Shown: piece by piece, positions 1 to 10,141 of the stretch
How the letters are laid out: every line of letters starts with the position of its first letter
Numbering within the stretch: the stretch's first letter is position 1
Assembly: GCA_963977675.1 (NCBI GenBank)
Contig: CAXBPY010000007.1
Location: forward strand, 297-64,296
DNA length: 64,000 nucleotides
From: an uncultured bacterium
GTDB lineage: Bacteria > Bacteroidota > Bacteroidia > Chitinophagales > UBA10324
Direction: 5' to 3'
Translations under genes and position numbers: made by a program
The notes under the pieces: generated by a model
The model's input: only the letters and a program-made list of their open reading frames with translations
Database searches by the model: none
Told to the model about the DNA's origin: nothing

Positions 1-1
1 G

Positions 2-3000
2 ACGACACTGACGAGTGTGAGTGGATGTGACAGTATCATCACCACGAATCTCACAGTGAATCCAGTTCTCACTTCAACAGTAAATCCTTCAATCTGTACC
101 GGATCAACTTATACTTTACCGGACGGAACAGTGGTGAGCACAGCAGGATCATACACGACAACACTGACTTCAATCAGCGGATGTGATTCAATTGTGACAA
201 CAAATCTCACAGTGAATCCTGTTCTCACATCAACAGCAAATCCAATAATTTGCACTGGAGCGAATTATACTTTACCGGATGGAACAGTGGTGAGCACAGC
301 AGGAACCTACACCACAACACTCACAAGTGTGAGCGGATGTGATTCGATTATCACCACAAATCTTTCACTGAACAGTGTGCTGACCACAACGCTGAATCCT
401 GCAATCTGTGTGGGTTCCAGCTACACGCTTCCGGACGGAACAGTGGTAAGTGCAGCAGGAACATACACCACAACGCTCACTTCAATCAGTGGATGTGATT
501 CAATTGTGACGACAAATCTTTCACTCATCAATATCGTTTTGAGTGAAACACACACGAACGCAACTTGCGGCAACAGTAATGGAACCATTGACCTAACCGT
601 GAATGGCGGAACAGCGCCCTACACTTACAACTGGAGCAATGGACAAACCACACAAGATGCAAGCGGACTGAACACCGGCAACTACGATGTAACCGTGACT
701 GACGCAAGCGGCTGCAGCGCTACACTTACAGGCGTGAGTATCATCAACAGCACCACACCACTGCTGAGTGAAAACTCAGTAAACACTTTGTGCGGACAAC
801 AAACAGGAAGCATTGATTTAACAGTAATAGGAGGGACAGCGCCTTACACTTACGCATGGAGCAACAGCGCTACCACAGAGGATTTGAACGGATTGGATGT
901 TGGAACTTACACCGTAACAGTGACCGATGCAAACGGATGCACCGCCACAATTTTTGCGGACATTATTTGTGTTCCACCACCGCCATGTCTGCTCACGGTT
1001 ACCGGATTGGGAACCGATGCACAGTGCTTTAACAGTTGCGACGGAAACATTGCGCTTACCGTGAACAATGCCATCGGTGCAGTGATCTACAACTGGAGCA
1101 ATGGACAGACAACACAGAATGCAACCAACCTTTGCGCTGGAACTTACAGTGTAACCGTGAGCGATGCGAACGGATGTGTGGACTCAGCAACCGTCACCAT
1201 CAATGCACCTACACAACTCACCGCAAGTGCAACAGCAACGGATGCAATTTGTTTTGGAAGTGCCACAGGAAGTGCATCAGTCAATGCTTTGGGAGGAACT
1301 CAACCTTACACATATCTGTGGAGTAATGCTGCTACTACATCCAACATCCCAAATCTTACATCCAACATTTATTCTGTAACCGTTACTGACGCTCATGGTT
1401 GCACTGCAACCGCAAGTGCAACAGTGAATCAGCCGCTGCAAATACTTCTTGCAACAACTGTTACGGATGCAAGTTGCGGACAGAGCAACGGTCAAATTGA
1501 TTTGACCGTAACGAACGGAGTTCCTTCAATCAGTTACAACTGGAGTAATGCTGCAACTACTTCGGTCATCAGTCTTCTGTCTTCCGGCACTTACTCAGTT
1601 ACCGTCACTGACAACAATGGATGCACTGCAACAACCAGTGCAACTGTTCAGAACACGCCGCCACCAACCGTTACAGCGAGCGCGAATCCGAATGCAATCT
1701 GTGTGGGCGATAACACCACACTCACGGCAAGCGGAGCAAGCACTTACAGTTGGTCACCGGCAGCGACACTGAATCAAAGCACCGGAGCGAGTGTGATTGC
1801 CACTCCAAACATCACGACTACCTACACCGTAACCGGAACTGATGCAAGCGGATGCACCAATACGGCAACAGTAGTGGTGACTGTAAATCCAATACCGAAT
1901 GTGACAGTAAATAATGCAAGCATCTGTAATGGTGATCCGGCGCAGCTTACAGCGAACGGAGCAACATCATATACCTGGTCACCGAACACAAACCTGAATC
2001 AAACCACAGGACAAACAGTGATTGCGACACCGGCAAGCAGCATCACTTACACCGTAACAGGAACCACAGCTGGATGCAGTTCTACAGCAACAGCAGTTGT
2101 TACGGTAAATCCAACTCCAGTGCTTACAGCAAATACAAATGACACCGCAATTTGTATTAACTCAAATGTGACACTCACAGTGAGCGGAGCAAATACTTAC
2201 GCATGGACGCCGAACACAGGTCTCTCAAACACAACAGGAGCAAGCGTTGCAGCCAGCCCGAACACAACAACCACTTACACCATCACCGGAACGAGTGTGA
2301 ATGGCTGCACAGCAACCACAACAATTATTGTCCACATCAATCCGCTTCCAACGGTTACCGTAACACCGCCACAGGGAATTTGTCCGGGCACTTCGGCTAC
2401 ACTCAGTGTGACAGGAGCAGACACCTACACCTGGAGTCCTGCAACTTCACTGAATCAAACAACAGGAGCAACGGTGACATCCACACCGGCAGCGAACATT
2501 ACTTACACGGTAACAGGAACAAACGCAGCAACAGGTTGTGTGAACACAGCAACAACGAACATCACGATCAATCCATTGCCAATCGTGACGGTGAATCCGA
2601 ACAGTGGATTTATTTGTCCGGGACAAAGTGTGAACCTGACTGCAAACGGAGCAGCGACTTACACCTGGACACCGAACAGCGGACTCTCAAACACAACTGG
2701 AGCAACAGTTACAGCGAACCCTGCATCAACCACAACTTACACAGTAGTTGGAACCAGTGCAGCCGGATGTATGGACTCCACCACAGTTGTGGTAACTGTA
2801 GGAGCATACGCGAATGTTGACATCATGATCACACCGACAGAAGGATGCGAGCCACTGACTGTAAACTTCATCAACAACACAACGGGTGCAGCATCTTATC
2901 AATGGAACTTCGGAGACGGAAGCGCGATGTCAACGGACACAAGCCCGACACACATTTACAGTGCAGGCACCTGGTATCCGAGTGTAACGATCACGAGCAC

Positions 3001-3583
3001 TACGGGATGTGTAACAGTCATCAATCCACTTGATACCATTCTGGTGCATCCATTGCCGGTAGCGGACTTCACGAGCAATCCTGATTTTGGTGTGACCACG
3101 ATTTTGGAAGAAGCCAACTACGAGTTCACCAACACTTCAAGTGGTGCTGACTTCTATCAATGGATATTCGGTGACGGAACGGGTGACACCACAACAGACG
3201 CCACGCACACTTACACCGAAGCCGGAAACTATGATGTGACGCTGATTGCAACCACCATTTATGGTTGTGCGGATACCATCACACGCACACCCATCATCAT
3301 CATTGACGAACCATCACTGTGGATCCCGAATGCGTTCACTCCGAACGGCGACGGCATCAATGACTTCTTCGGCATCTACGGCACCTCAATAAAATCCTAT
3401 CATATGAAAATCTTTGACCGCTGGGGTGAAATGATTTTTGAGAACAACGATTACTTCCCGACCTGGGATGGAAACTACCACGGGGTTCCGCTCAATGTTG
3501 GCGTGTATGTTTACCTGGTTCAGGTCGATTATAAAGACGGTACCACCATCTGGCGTAAAGGCGATGTGACGCTCATTAGGTAG
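2..3583 (+). CDS. Giant modular cell-surface adhesin, 5'-truncated by the window edge; T9SS type-B (gliding-motility-associated / CHU_C) C-terminal sorting domain
   Basis: The frame is open back to nt 2 (TTLTSVSGCDS continues the repeat), so the GTG at 17 is not the real start. Modules in order: 52-aa Cys repeats; five SprB-type repeats (GG.APY.Y.WSNG.TT...L..G.Y.VTVTD..GC); five ~75-aa Ig-like repeats; two PKD-like modules (Y.W.FGDG). C-terminus reads PNAFTPNGDGINDFF...DRWGE...WDG...GVYVY...KGDVTLIR. Confidence 0.9.
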   Translation, partial: TTLTSVSGCDSIITTNLTVNPVLTSTVNPSICTGSTYTLPDGTVVSTAGSYTTTLTSISGCDSIVTTNLTVNPVLTSTANPIICTGANYTLPDGTVVSTAGTYTTTLTSVSGCDSIITTNLSLNSVLTTTLNPAICVGSSYTLPDGTVVSAAGTYTTTLTSISGCDSIVTTNLSLINIVLSETHTNATCGNSNGTIDLTVNGGTAPYTYNWSNGQTTQDASGLNTGNYDVTVTDASGCSATLTGVSIINSTTPLLSENSVNTLCGQQTGSIDLTVIGGTAPYTYAWSNSATTEDLNGLDVGTYTVTVTDANGCTATIFADIICVPPPPCLLTVTGLGTDAQCFNSCDGNIALTVNNAIGAVIYNWSNGQTTQNATNLCAGTYSVTVSDANGCVDSATVTINAPTQLTASATATDAICFGSATGSASVNALGGTQPYTYLWSNAATTSNIPNLTSNIYSVTVTDAHGCTATASATVNQPLQILLATTVTDASCGQSNGQIDLTVTNGVPSISYNWSNAATTSVISLLSSGTYSVTVTDNNGCTATTSATVQNTPPPTVTASANPNAICVGDNTTLTASGASTYSWSPAATLNQSTGASVIATPNITTTYTVTGTDASGCTNTATVVVTVNPIPNVTVNNASICNGDPAQLTANGATSYTWSPNTNLNQTTGQTVIATPASSITYTVTGTTAGCSSTATAVVTVNPTPVLTANTNDTAICINSNVTLTVSGANTYAWTPNTGLSNTTGASVAASPNTTTTYTITGTSVNGCTATTTIIVHINPLPTVTVTPPQGICPGTSATLSVTGADTYTWSPATSLNQTTGATVTSTPAANITYTVTGTNAATGCVNTATTNITINPLPIVTVNPNSGFICPGQSVNLTANGAATYTWTPNSGLSNTTGATVTANPASTTTYTVVGTSAAGCMDSTTVVVTVGAYANVDIMITPTEGCEPLTVNFINNTTGAASYQWNFGDGSAMSTDTSPTHIYSAGTWYPSVTITSTTGCVTVINPLDTILVHPLPVADFTSNPDFGVTTILEEANYEFTNTSSGADFYQWIFGDGTGDTTTDATHTYTEAGNYDVTLIATTIYGCADTITRTPIIIIDEPSLWIPNAFTPNGDGINDFFGIYGTSIKSYHMKIFDRWGEMIFENNDYFPTWDGNYHGVPLNVGVYVYLVQVDYKDGTTIWRKGDVTLIR
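20..535 (+). repeat. Tandem in-frame 156-bp (52-codon) repeat, 3 full copies plus a partial; continues upstream of the window
   Basis: Units start at 20, 176, 332 and 488 (agYggatgtgaY...). Each encodes SGCDSI.TTNL..N.VLT...NP.IC.G..YTLPDGTVVS.AG.YTTTLTS. Confidence 0.9.
1667..2803 (+). repeat. Five tandem Ig-like coding repeats (~225 bp each) inside the adhesin gene
   Basis: Recurrent pattern VT....IC.G....L.A.GA.TY.W.P...L..TTGA.V...P...TTYTVTGT...GC..T.T..VTVNP.P seen five times in the translation. Confidence 0.8.
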
Positions 3584-3669
3584 GCACTTCTACAATTAAT
3601 ATGTGATAAGAGTAGCATGCCATGCCACATAGTTTTATTGTTATAACTCTATTATTGCTTCAATAAAAT

Positions 3670-5040
3670 ATGTACTGCATTGTTGATATAGAAACAACGG
3701 GTGGAGGTTCATCATTTCACCGAATAACTGAAATTGCCATAATAAAACATGATGGTGTAAACATTGTTGATGAATTTACGACACTATTGAATCCAGAGAG
3801 AAATATTCCGTGGAATATTACCAGACTCACTGGAATTACAAACGAAATGGTGAGCGATGCACCAAAGTTTTATGAAGTTGCCAAAAGAATAGTAGAGATT
3901 ACAGAGAACTGTGTATTCGTGGCGCATAATGTTTCATTCGATTACAATTTCATTAAGAACGAATTCAAACAGCTGGGATTTGAATTCAAACGCCATAACC
4001 TATGCACCGTTAAAATGAGTCGTGCTCTTATCCCGGGAAAGAAATCTTACAGCCTGGGAAATCTTTGCAACTCTTTGGGAATTGAAGTTAAGGAAAGACA
4101 CCGTGCATCAGGAGATGCATTTGCAACAGCAAAACTCTTTGAGTTACTTTTTAGCATCAATAAAAATTATATTGAATCTCGAATAGGAAATTCGAATTAT
4201 GCTTTCAGCGGATTAAATGCTTCACTCGATAGAAAAAAAATTGACAGTTTACCTGAAGAAACAGGGGTATATTATCTTTATGATATACACGGACGGATCA
4301 TTTACATTGGAAAAAGCACAAATATCCGGCAGCGCGTCTTACAGCATCTTGAAGGAAAAGGAAGTTCTAAAAGCTCTTGGATGCGCCGCTCGATTGCCGA
4401 CATCAGTTATGAATTAACCGGCAGCGAATTAATTGCCTTGTTGCTTGAGGCAGATGAAATAAAAAAACTTCAGCCGTTTTTCAATCGTTCTCTGAAAAGA
4501 AAAAGATTCAATTATGGAATTTGCCTTGAAAAAAATAGAGAAGGATATCTGTGCATAAGCGCAGAACCAATTGAACAAATAGGCCAGGATGTTGTTATCA
4601 CATTTGCAAGCATGAAAGAGGCGAAAACTGTTTTGAATTACATGCTCGACCGCTACAGACTTTGTCAGCGATTTACAGGTTTATATGATACAGATGGTGC
4701 ATGTTTTAATCATCAGGTTCATGAATGTTTTGGTGCATGCATAGGCAAAGAACTGCCCGATAGTTATAACAAGCGTGTAAATGAAGCGCTTCGATATTTC
4801 AGAAATGAAACTAAAAAGAATGTCGTAATAGTTGATGACGGAAGAACATCAGGTGAGAAGTCAGTAGTTTGTTTGGAAGAAGGCAACTATAAAGGCTTTG
4901 GCTATATTGATGAAAGTTTTTCTGCAAATGGTTGGGACGATATTCGTGAAAGCATAAAACCATTTCAGAACAATCGCGATACGGAACAGATCATACGACA
5001 ATATCTTTTAAAGAATAAAGTGAAAGTATTAGAGTTCTGA
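3670..5040 (+). CDS. DnaQ-like 3'-5' exonuclease (DEDDh) fused to a GIY-YIG nuclease domain
   Basis: Exo motifs IVDIETTG, VAHNVSFDYNF and HRASGDAFATAKL in the N-terminal half. GIY-YIG-like GVYYLYD..GRIIYIGKSTNIRQR follows. Confidence 0.8.
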   Translation: MYCIVDIETTGGGSSFHRITEIAIIKHDGVNIVDEFTTLLNPERNIPWNITRLTGITNEMVSDAPKFYEVAKRIVEITENCVFVAHNVSFDYNFIKNEFKQLGFEFKRHNLCTVKMSRALIPGKKSYSLGNLCNSLGIEVKERHRASGDAFATAKLFELLFSINKNYIESRIGNSNYAFSGLNASLDRKKIDSLPEETGVYYLYDIHGRIIYIGKSTNIRQRVLQHLEGKGSSKSSWMRRSIADISYELTGSELIALLLEADEIKKLQPFFNRSLKRKRFNYGICLEKNREGYLCISAEPIEQIGQDVVITFASMKEAKTVLNYMLDRYRLCQRFTGLYDTDGACFNHQVHECFGACIGKELPDSYNKRVNEALRYFRNETKKNVVIVDDGRTSGEKSVVCLEEGNYKGFGYIDESFSANGWDDIRESIKPFQNNRDTEQIIRQYLLKNKVKVLEF

Positions 5041-5047
5041 TTTTCAA

Positions 5048-6703
5048 TTGAAATACTTTCAATCACTGATGCATCGATTCAGACATTTTTATTTCACTCT
5101 TTTGTTCGGGGCGCTTATGTGGCTCGGCTGGACGCCACGGCTCTTTGAGTTTACCTTACTGTTTGTTTTTGTTCCATTGCTTGTAATGGATGAAGACATG
5201 AGGCAGAAAAAAAAATCTGTATGGAAAGTTTTCATCAATTTCTACCTTGCATTTTTCTGGTGGAATTTATTCTGCACCTGGTGGGTGGCGAACACCTACT
5301 CAGGAACACACGATGTATCAAGCATAGTTGCCGGTGCGCTTGCTAATATTTTGAACCCATTATTAATGTGCATTCCAATATTTTTCTATCTAAGAACAAG
5401 AAAAAAATTCGGCTGGAAAGCCGGACTTATTTCACTTCCATTTTTTTGGATGTGCTTCGAATGGCTTCACCTTAATTGGGAACTTGCCTGGCCCTGGTTA
5501 AATCTTGGCAATGGTTTAGCAGAATATCCTCAGTTTATTCAATGGTATGAATTTACAGGGACTTTCGGAGGAACTCTTTGGATCTGGATGGTGAACATTT
5601 TGATTTATATTTTCTTTTTTACAAACCTTGTTCAAACAAACAAAATTCAACGCTGGATTTATGTTGCTTCTTCGATTTTAATTCCTGTTGTTATTTCTGA
5701 AATATTATTTGCAATTAACAATCCTGCTCTAATTAGCGTTAAAAAGAAAAGTATTGTGATTGTTCAACCAAACATTGACCCATACAATACAAAGTTTGAT
5801 TTCTCAACGCTTGACGAGCAGTTAAAAACTTTGTTTACACTTTCTTCACAACAATCAGATTCATCGACTGATTACATCGCCTGGCCGGAAACAGCGATTC
5901 CTCAAGGAGTTCTATTGAATAACCTTGAAAACGATCCTTCAATTAAAAAGATAAAAAAATTCCTTCATGCATACCCGAAATCAAAATTGGTGACTGGATT
6001 TTCTTCTTATAAATATTATGACTCACAACAAACCATAACTGCCAGAGAAGATGGGCAAGGCGGATTTTACGATGCATTTAATTCTGCTATTCAACTTGAC
6101 ACCTCAGTCAACGAACAGATTTATCATAAATCGAAACTGGTAGTGGGTGTGGAGTGTGTTCCATATCCAGGCTTATTTAAATATCTGGAACCGCTACTGG
6201 TGCAGTTTGGTGGAATTTCTGTTTCGCTTGGAAAGCAAGAACATCGTTCTGTTTTTTATTCGGATGATTCAACAGGTGTTGCTCCTGTGATTTGTTATGA
6301 AAGCATTTTCGGTGATTACTGTACTGAATACATTCGCAGGGGAGCTAATTTTATTTTCATTCTCACAAATGATGGTTGGTGGGGAAATACTGCAGGTCAT
6401 ATTCAACACGAACGATATGCTGCGCTTCGTGCAATTGAAACCCGCAGGTTTGTAATTCGCTCAGCCAATACGGGAACAAGTTGTGTGATCAATTCGCGAG
6501 GTGAAATCTCGAACGAAACTGAATATTGGAAACCGGCTGCAATTAGGACTGAATTGCCGGTATTAAAAGGCGAAACATTTTATGTTAAGTACGGTGACTA
6601 CATCGCTCAATTCGCATTGGGTTTTTCGGCATTGCTTTTAATTTCTACCTTTTTTTATAATAAAAAAAATGGAGTTACAGAACTTAACTCAGAGCGTAAT
6701 TAG
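5048..6703 (+). CDS. lnt: Apolipoprotein N-acyltransferase
   Basis: Polytopic N-terminal membrane domain plus a C-N hydrolase domain. Triad contexts are WPETAIP, YHKSKLVVGVE and VICYESIF. The start is uncertain (TTG 5048 or ATG 5069). Confidence 0.85.
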   Translation: MKYFQSLMHRFRHFYFTLLFGALMWLGWTPRLFEFTLLFVFVPLLVMDEDMRQKKKSVWKVFINFYLAFFWWNLFCTWWVANTYSGTHDVSSIVAGALANILNPLLMCIPIFFYLRTRKKFGWKAGLISLPFFWMCFEWLHLNWELAWPWLNLGNGLAEYPQFIQWYEFTGTFGGTLWIWMVNILIYIFFFTNLVQTNKIQRWIYVASSILIPVVISEILFAINNPALISVKKKSIVIVQPNIDPYNTKFDFSTLDEQLKTLFTLSSQQSDSSTDYIAWPETAIPQGVLLNNLENDPSIKKIKKFLHAYPKSKLVTGFSSYKYYDSQQTITAREDGQGGFYDAFNSAIQLDTSVNEQIYHKSKLVVGVECVPYPGLFKYLEPLLVQFGGISVSLGKQEHRSVFYSDDSTGVAPVICYESIFGDYCTEYIRRGANFIFILTNDGWWGNTAGHIQHERYAALRAIETRRFVIRSANTGTSCVINSRGEISNETEYWKPAAIRTELPVLKGETFYVKYGDYIAQFALGFSALLLISTFFYNKKNGVTELNSERN

Positions 6704-7460
6704 CATTGCGAAAGAGGCGGGCGCCTTTATTCGCGAACAATATTTTTTGTTCAATGAAAAAGATGTTCAAACCAAAAGCAGGAACAACCTGGTTTCATAT
6801 GTTGATTTGAATGCAGAAAAAATTTTGGTTGAAAGATTAAAGCAAGTATTGCCCGAGTCAGGATTTATTACTGAAGAAAAAACAATCAGCCAAACAAATT
6901 CAGAATGGCAATGGATTATAGATCCGCTTGACGGAACTACAAATTTCATTCATGGCATTCCGGCATTTGCTGTAAGTATTGGATTAATGCAGGATAGAAA
7001 AATGAAAGCAGGGGTGGTGTATGAAATCATGAGGGATGAATGTTTTTCTGCTTTTGATGGCAGCAAGTCTCAATTGAATGGAAAAACAATTTATGTTTCT
7101 GAAAGAAAAACTTTAGCAGATTCATTAGTAGCTACAGGTTTTCCATACGAAAAATATGATTACCTTCCAAAATATTTGAAGGCTCTCGAAAACTTTATGC
7201 AGAATACGCGCGGCATTCGAAGAATCGGAAGCGCCGCTGTAGATCTTGCATACACAGCCTGTGGCCGCTTCGATGGATTTTTTGAGTACAATCTCAATGC
7301 TTGGGATGTTGCTGCCGGAGCATTTATTGTGCAGCAGGCAGGCGGTAGGGTGACAGATTTTTCAGGAAAAGAAAATTATATTTTCGTAAGAGAAATCATT
7401 GCTACAAATGATTTGATTCATCAAGAAATGCAAAAAGTAATTCAAAACCAAAATAGCTAA
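6669..7460 (+). CDS. suhB: Inositol monophosphatase family protein (SuhB-like)
   Basis: WIIDPLDGTTNFIHG metal-binding motif, with AAVDLAYTACGRFDGF and WDVAAG near the C-terminus. Overlaps the lnt 3' end by 35 nt. Confidence 0.85.
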   Translation: MELQNLTQSVISIAKEAGAFIREQYFLFNEKDVQTKSRNNLVSYVDLNAEKILVERLKQVLPESGFITEEKTISQTNSEWQWIIDPLDGTTNFIHGIPAFAVSIGLMQDRKMKAGVVYEIMRDECFSAFDGSKSQLNGKTIYVSERKTLADSLVATGFPYEKYDYLPKYLKALENFMQNTRGIRRIGSAAVDLAYTACGRFDGFFEYNLNAWDVAAGAFIVQQAGGRVTDFSGKENYIFVREIIATNDLIHQEMQKVIQNQNS

Positions 7461-7957
7461 ATCCACTTTCCATTTAGCTTCAAAATCTTTTCAAGTATAT
7501 CGCGAACACAACCTCTTCCTCCGGCGAATGGAGAGATGTAATTACAAATTTCCTTCAACTCATGAATTGCATCAGCCGGACAACATTTTATTCCGGCATG
7601 TTGCATTAATTCTAAATCCGGCATGTCGTCGCCTATGAAAAGAATTTCTGATGATTGAAATTTTTTTTCTTTCATCCACTTTTCATATATATCCTTTTTG
7701 TTAACAGCCTTCATAAAAATACTCTGGACCCCAAGTCGCTTCAACCGGGTTTCAACTCCTTCAGAATTTCCGCCGCTGATTACGCACAATTCAATTCCGC
7801 TTTTTGCCGCGAGTTGAATGGCATATCCATCACGAATATTCATGACTCGTAATTCCTTCCCATCTTCATTTACCAGCAAAGAACCATCAGTCAATACACC
7901 GTCAACATCCATTATTACTGCTTTGCATTTTGCAAAAAGTTCAAGCACATTTTTCAT
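7457..7957 (-). CDS. kdsC: 3-deoxy-D-manno-octulosonate 8-phosphate phosphatase (HAD family)
   Basis: HAD motif I DVDGVLTDG, and IGDDMPD later. The ~165-aa size and position next to kdsB fit. Confidence 0.85.
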   Translation of the reverse strand: MKNVLELFAKCKAVIMDVDGVLTDGSLLVNEDGKELRVMNIRDGYAIQLAAKSGIELCVISGGNSEGVETRLKRLGVQSIFMKAVNKKDIYEKWMKEKKFQSSEILFIGDDMPDLELMQHAGIKCCPADAIHELKEICNYISPFAGGRGCVRDILEKILKLNGKWI

Positions 7958-7968
7958 TAAACAAAAAA

Positions 7969-8712
7969 TTAAATTGAAAATTTATTTGCCCGCTCTAAAT
8001 CTTCAGGTGTGTCAACGCTTAGTGATTCAGAAGATGTTTCAGCAAGTTTGATTGTATATCCATTCTCCAACCAACGCAATTGTTCAAGAGATTCTGCCTG
8101 CTCGAGCGGTGTCGGATTAAGTTTTATCAGATCCAAAAGAGTTTCAATCCTGTATCCGTATAGTCCAATGTGTTTGTAAAAAGTATTTCCATGAAGCCAA
8201 TTCTGCCTTTCTGAATTTCTAATAAAAGGAATCGCGCTTCGGCTGAAGTAAAGTGCATTTCCTTTTTCGGATTTTAATGCCTTCACCACATTCGGGTTAT
8301 TCAATTCTTCATTGGTAGTAATCCGTTTGATCAGTGAGGCAATCTGAACATCATTTTCTGTAAGAAATATTTTTTTTAGAATTGAAAAATGTTCAAATGA
8401 AATAAATGGTTCATCTCCCTGCACATTAATTACAACATCATATTCTTTAATAAATAACGAAGCGACCTCAGCGCAGCGCTCTGTTCCGGAATTGTGAAGG
8501 GGAGAGGTTAAAGTACATTCTCCGCCAAATTTTGAAACCACATCAACAATCTGATCATCATCTGTAGCAACTATAACTTTATCAACTGTGTTGCTTTCAA
8601 TCACCCGTTCATAAACATGTTGAATCATTGGTTTGCCATGAATGAATGAAAGAGGCTTTCCAGGTAACCGGGTTGATGCAAATCGGGCAGGAATGATGGC
8701 GAGAAATTTCAT
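7969..8712 (-). CDS. kdsB: 3-deoxy-manno-octulosonate cytidylyltransferase (CMP-KDO synthetase)
   Basis: N-terminal IIPARFASTRLPGKPL and VQGDEPF motif, ~247 aa. Confidence 0.9.
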   Translation of the reverse strand: MKFLAIIPARFASTRLPGKPLSFIHGKPMIQHVYERVIESNTVDKVIVATDDDQIVDVVSKFGGECTLTSPLHNSGTERCAEVASLFIKEYDVVINVQGDEPFISFEHFSILKKIFLTENDVQIASLIKRITTNEELNNPNVVKALKSEKGNALYFSRSAIPFIRNSERQNWLHGNTFYKHIGLYGYRIETLLDLIKLNPTPLEQAESLEQLRWLENGYTIKLAETSSESLSVDTPEDLERANKFSI

Positions 8713-8727
8713 TGTGATTTGTTCAAA

Positions 8728-10122
8728 TTAATTTTTTCTCACGACTAAATAATTTCCGCGCACTTCAATGACACTTACTTCTTCACCAATGTGTACAAAG
8801 GAATTTTCGCTTATGCAGTCATAACGCCTGCCATCAATTTCAACATTTCCAGATGGGCGCAAATCAGTTCTTGCAATTCCTTTTCTCCCAATAAGAGAAA
8901 GCAACTCATGCATTGGTGTGCTAAAACTTTTAGCATCTTCAAGAGTTGAAGTCAGTACAACTTTTCTACCTAATGAAGTAGAAAATATTTTCGGTCCGAA
9001 ATAAAATGCTGATATAATGGTGAAGAACAAAATCAATCCGACTCTTAATACTGCGAGTAAAAGTGCATCAACTCCAGTATAGGAAAAATCAAAAAAATTA
9101 TTTCCAATCAGTGCAAGTGCTAATGATGTTACAATAAAAATTACTCCCAGAACACCCGTGATACCGAATCCGGGAATGAAAAATATTTCAGTGATCAATA
9201 GGATTATCCCAATTACAAAAACAAGAATCTCCCAGTTGGCAGCCAAACCATCGAGATAAAGCGGAGCGAAATAAAGAATTGCAGCGCCTAGGCCGGCAAA
9301 TAAAGGAAACCCAATTCCAGGATGCTGAAACTCAAAATAAATTCCGCCAATAATGATCATTAACAAAATTGAATTCACTATAGGATTAAGAAGGAAACTG
9401 ATAATTAAATCGAGTAAGGATGGTTCATGATTTTTTTGCTCATAATTCGTAATTCCATCTATGGAACAAACCGAAACAATATCCTCAGCAACTCCATCGC
9501 AATAGTGATATCGTATTGCTTCATCTGAAGTGAGTGTAATTATTTTTCCGGAGTCAGCAATATCTTTAAGGTAAGCATTTGGTGTAACCATTCCTTCTGC
9601 AATCTTTGGATCACGGCCACGCTGTTCGGCAGTGGCGCGCATCATACCACGCATATAAGATTGATACTTGTCGGGCATTATCTCTCCATTTTGATTGACC
9701 ACCGATGCAGCGCCAAGTGTACTTCCCTTTTTCATATAAATCTTATTGCATGCAATCGAGATAAGCGCTCCGGCAGAAGCTGCATTGCCATCAATCAAAA
9801 CATAAACCGGTATTTTGCTTTTCAGAATAATGTTTCGGATTTCATCAGCCGCATCAAGCGCACCACCGAAAGTATTGAGTTGCATAATGATCACATCTGC
9901 GTGTTGCTCTTCAGCTTCATTTAAAGCAATATGCACTAAGCGAGCAGCAGCAGGAGCGATCTCTTGTTTTAATTCGAAAGTGTATACAATTTTTTTCTGA
10001 TATGCCTGTTGTGCAAATGCAAAATGGTGTACAGTTAAGTAGCACAGAAAGGAAGCAATCGTGAATAAGAACAGAAGTAATTTTTGCCTGGAGTTTTGAA
10101 GAGAAAATAGTTTCGTGCGCAT
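8728..10122 (-). CDS. NfeD-family membrane-bound ClpP-class serine protease (long form)
   Basis: Signal/anchor, ClpP-like domain (GNAASAGALIS), a block of ~5 TM helices and a C-terminal OB-like NfeD domain (GIARTDLRPSGNVEIDGRRYD...GEEVSVIEV). I prefer the ATG at 10122; the ORF is open to 10173. Confidence 0.8.
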   Translation of the reverse strand: MRTKLFSLQNSRQKLLLFLFTIASFLCYLTVHHFAFAQQAYQKKIVYTFELKQEIAPAAARLVHIALNEAEEQHADVIIMQLNTFGGALDAADEIRNIILKSKIPVYVLIDGNAASAGALISIACNKIYMKKGSTLGAASVVNQNGEIMPDKYQSYMRGMMRATAEQRGRDPKIAEGMVTPNAYLKDIADSGKIITLTSDEAIRYHYCDGVAEDIVSVCSIDGITNYEQKNHEPSLLDLIISFLLNPIVNSILLMIIIGGIYFEFQHPGIGFPLFAGLGAAILYFAPLYLDGLAANWEILVFVIGIILLITEIFFIPGFGITGVLGVIFIVTSLALALIGNNFFDFSYTGVDALLLAVLRVGLILFFTIISAFYFGPKIFSTSLGRKVVLTSTLEDAKSFSTPMHELLSLIGRKGIARTDLRPSGNVEIDGRRYDCISENSFVHIGEEVSVIEVRGNYLVVRKN

Positions 10123-10141
10123 AAAAATTGAAATCAAAAGT

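Noticed and set aside
1036-3033. Six alternative-frame or antisense ORFs (1036-1326, 1164-1379, 1277-1495, 1548-1772, 2203-2820, 2845-3033) inside the first adhesin gene.
   Set aside because: Their translations are Cys/His/Arg/Gln-rich nonsense produced by the ACN/GGN-rich repetitive coding frame. The main frame has clear domain structure throughout.
7457-7460. Convergent suhB and kdsC stop codons share the tetranucleotide CTAA.
   Set aside because: It is real but trivial genome compaction, and no regulatory implication can be supported.
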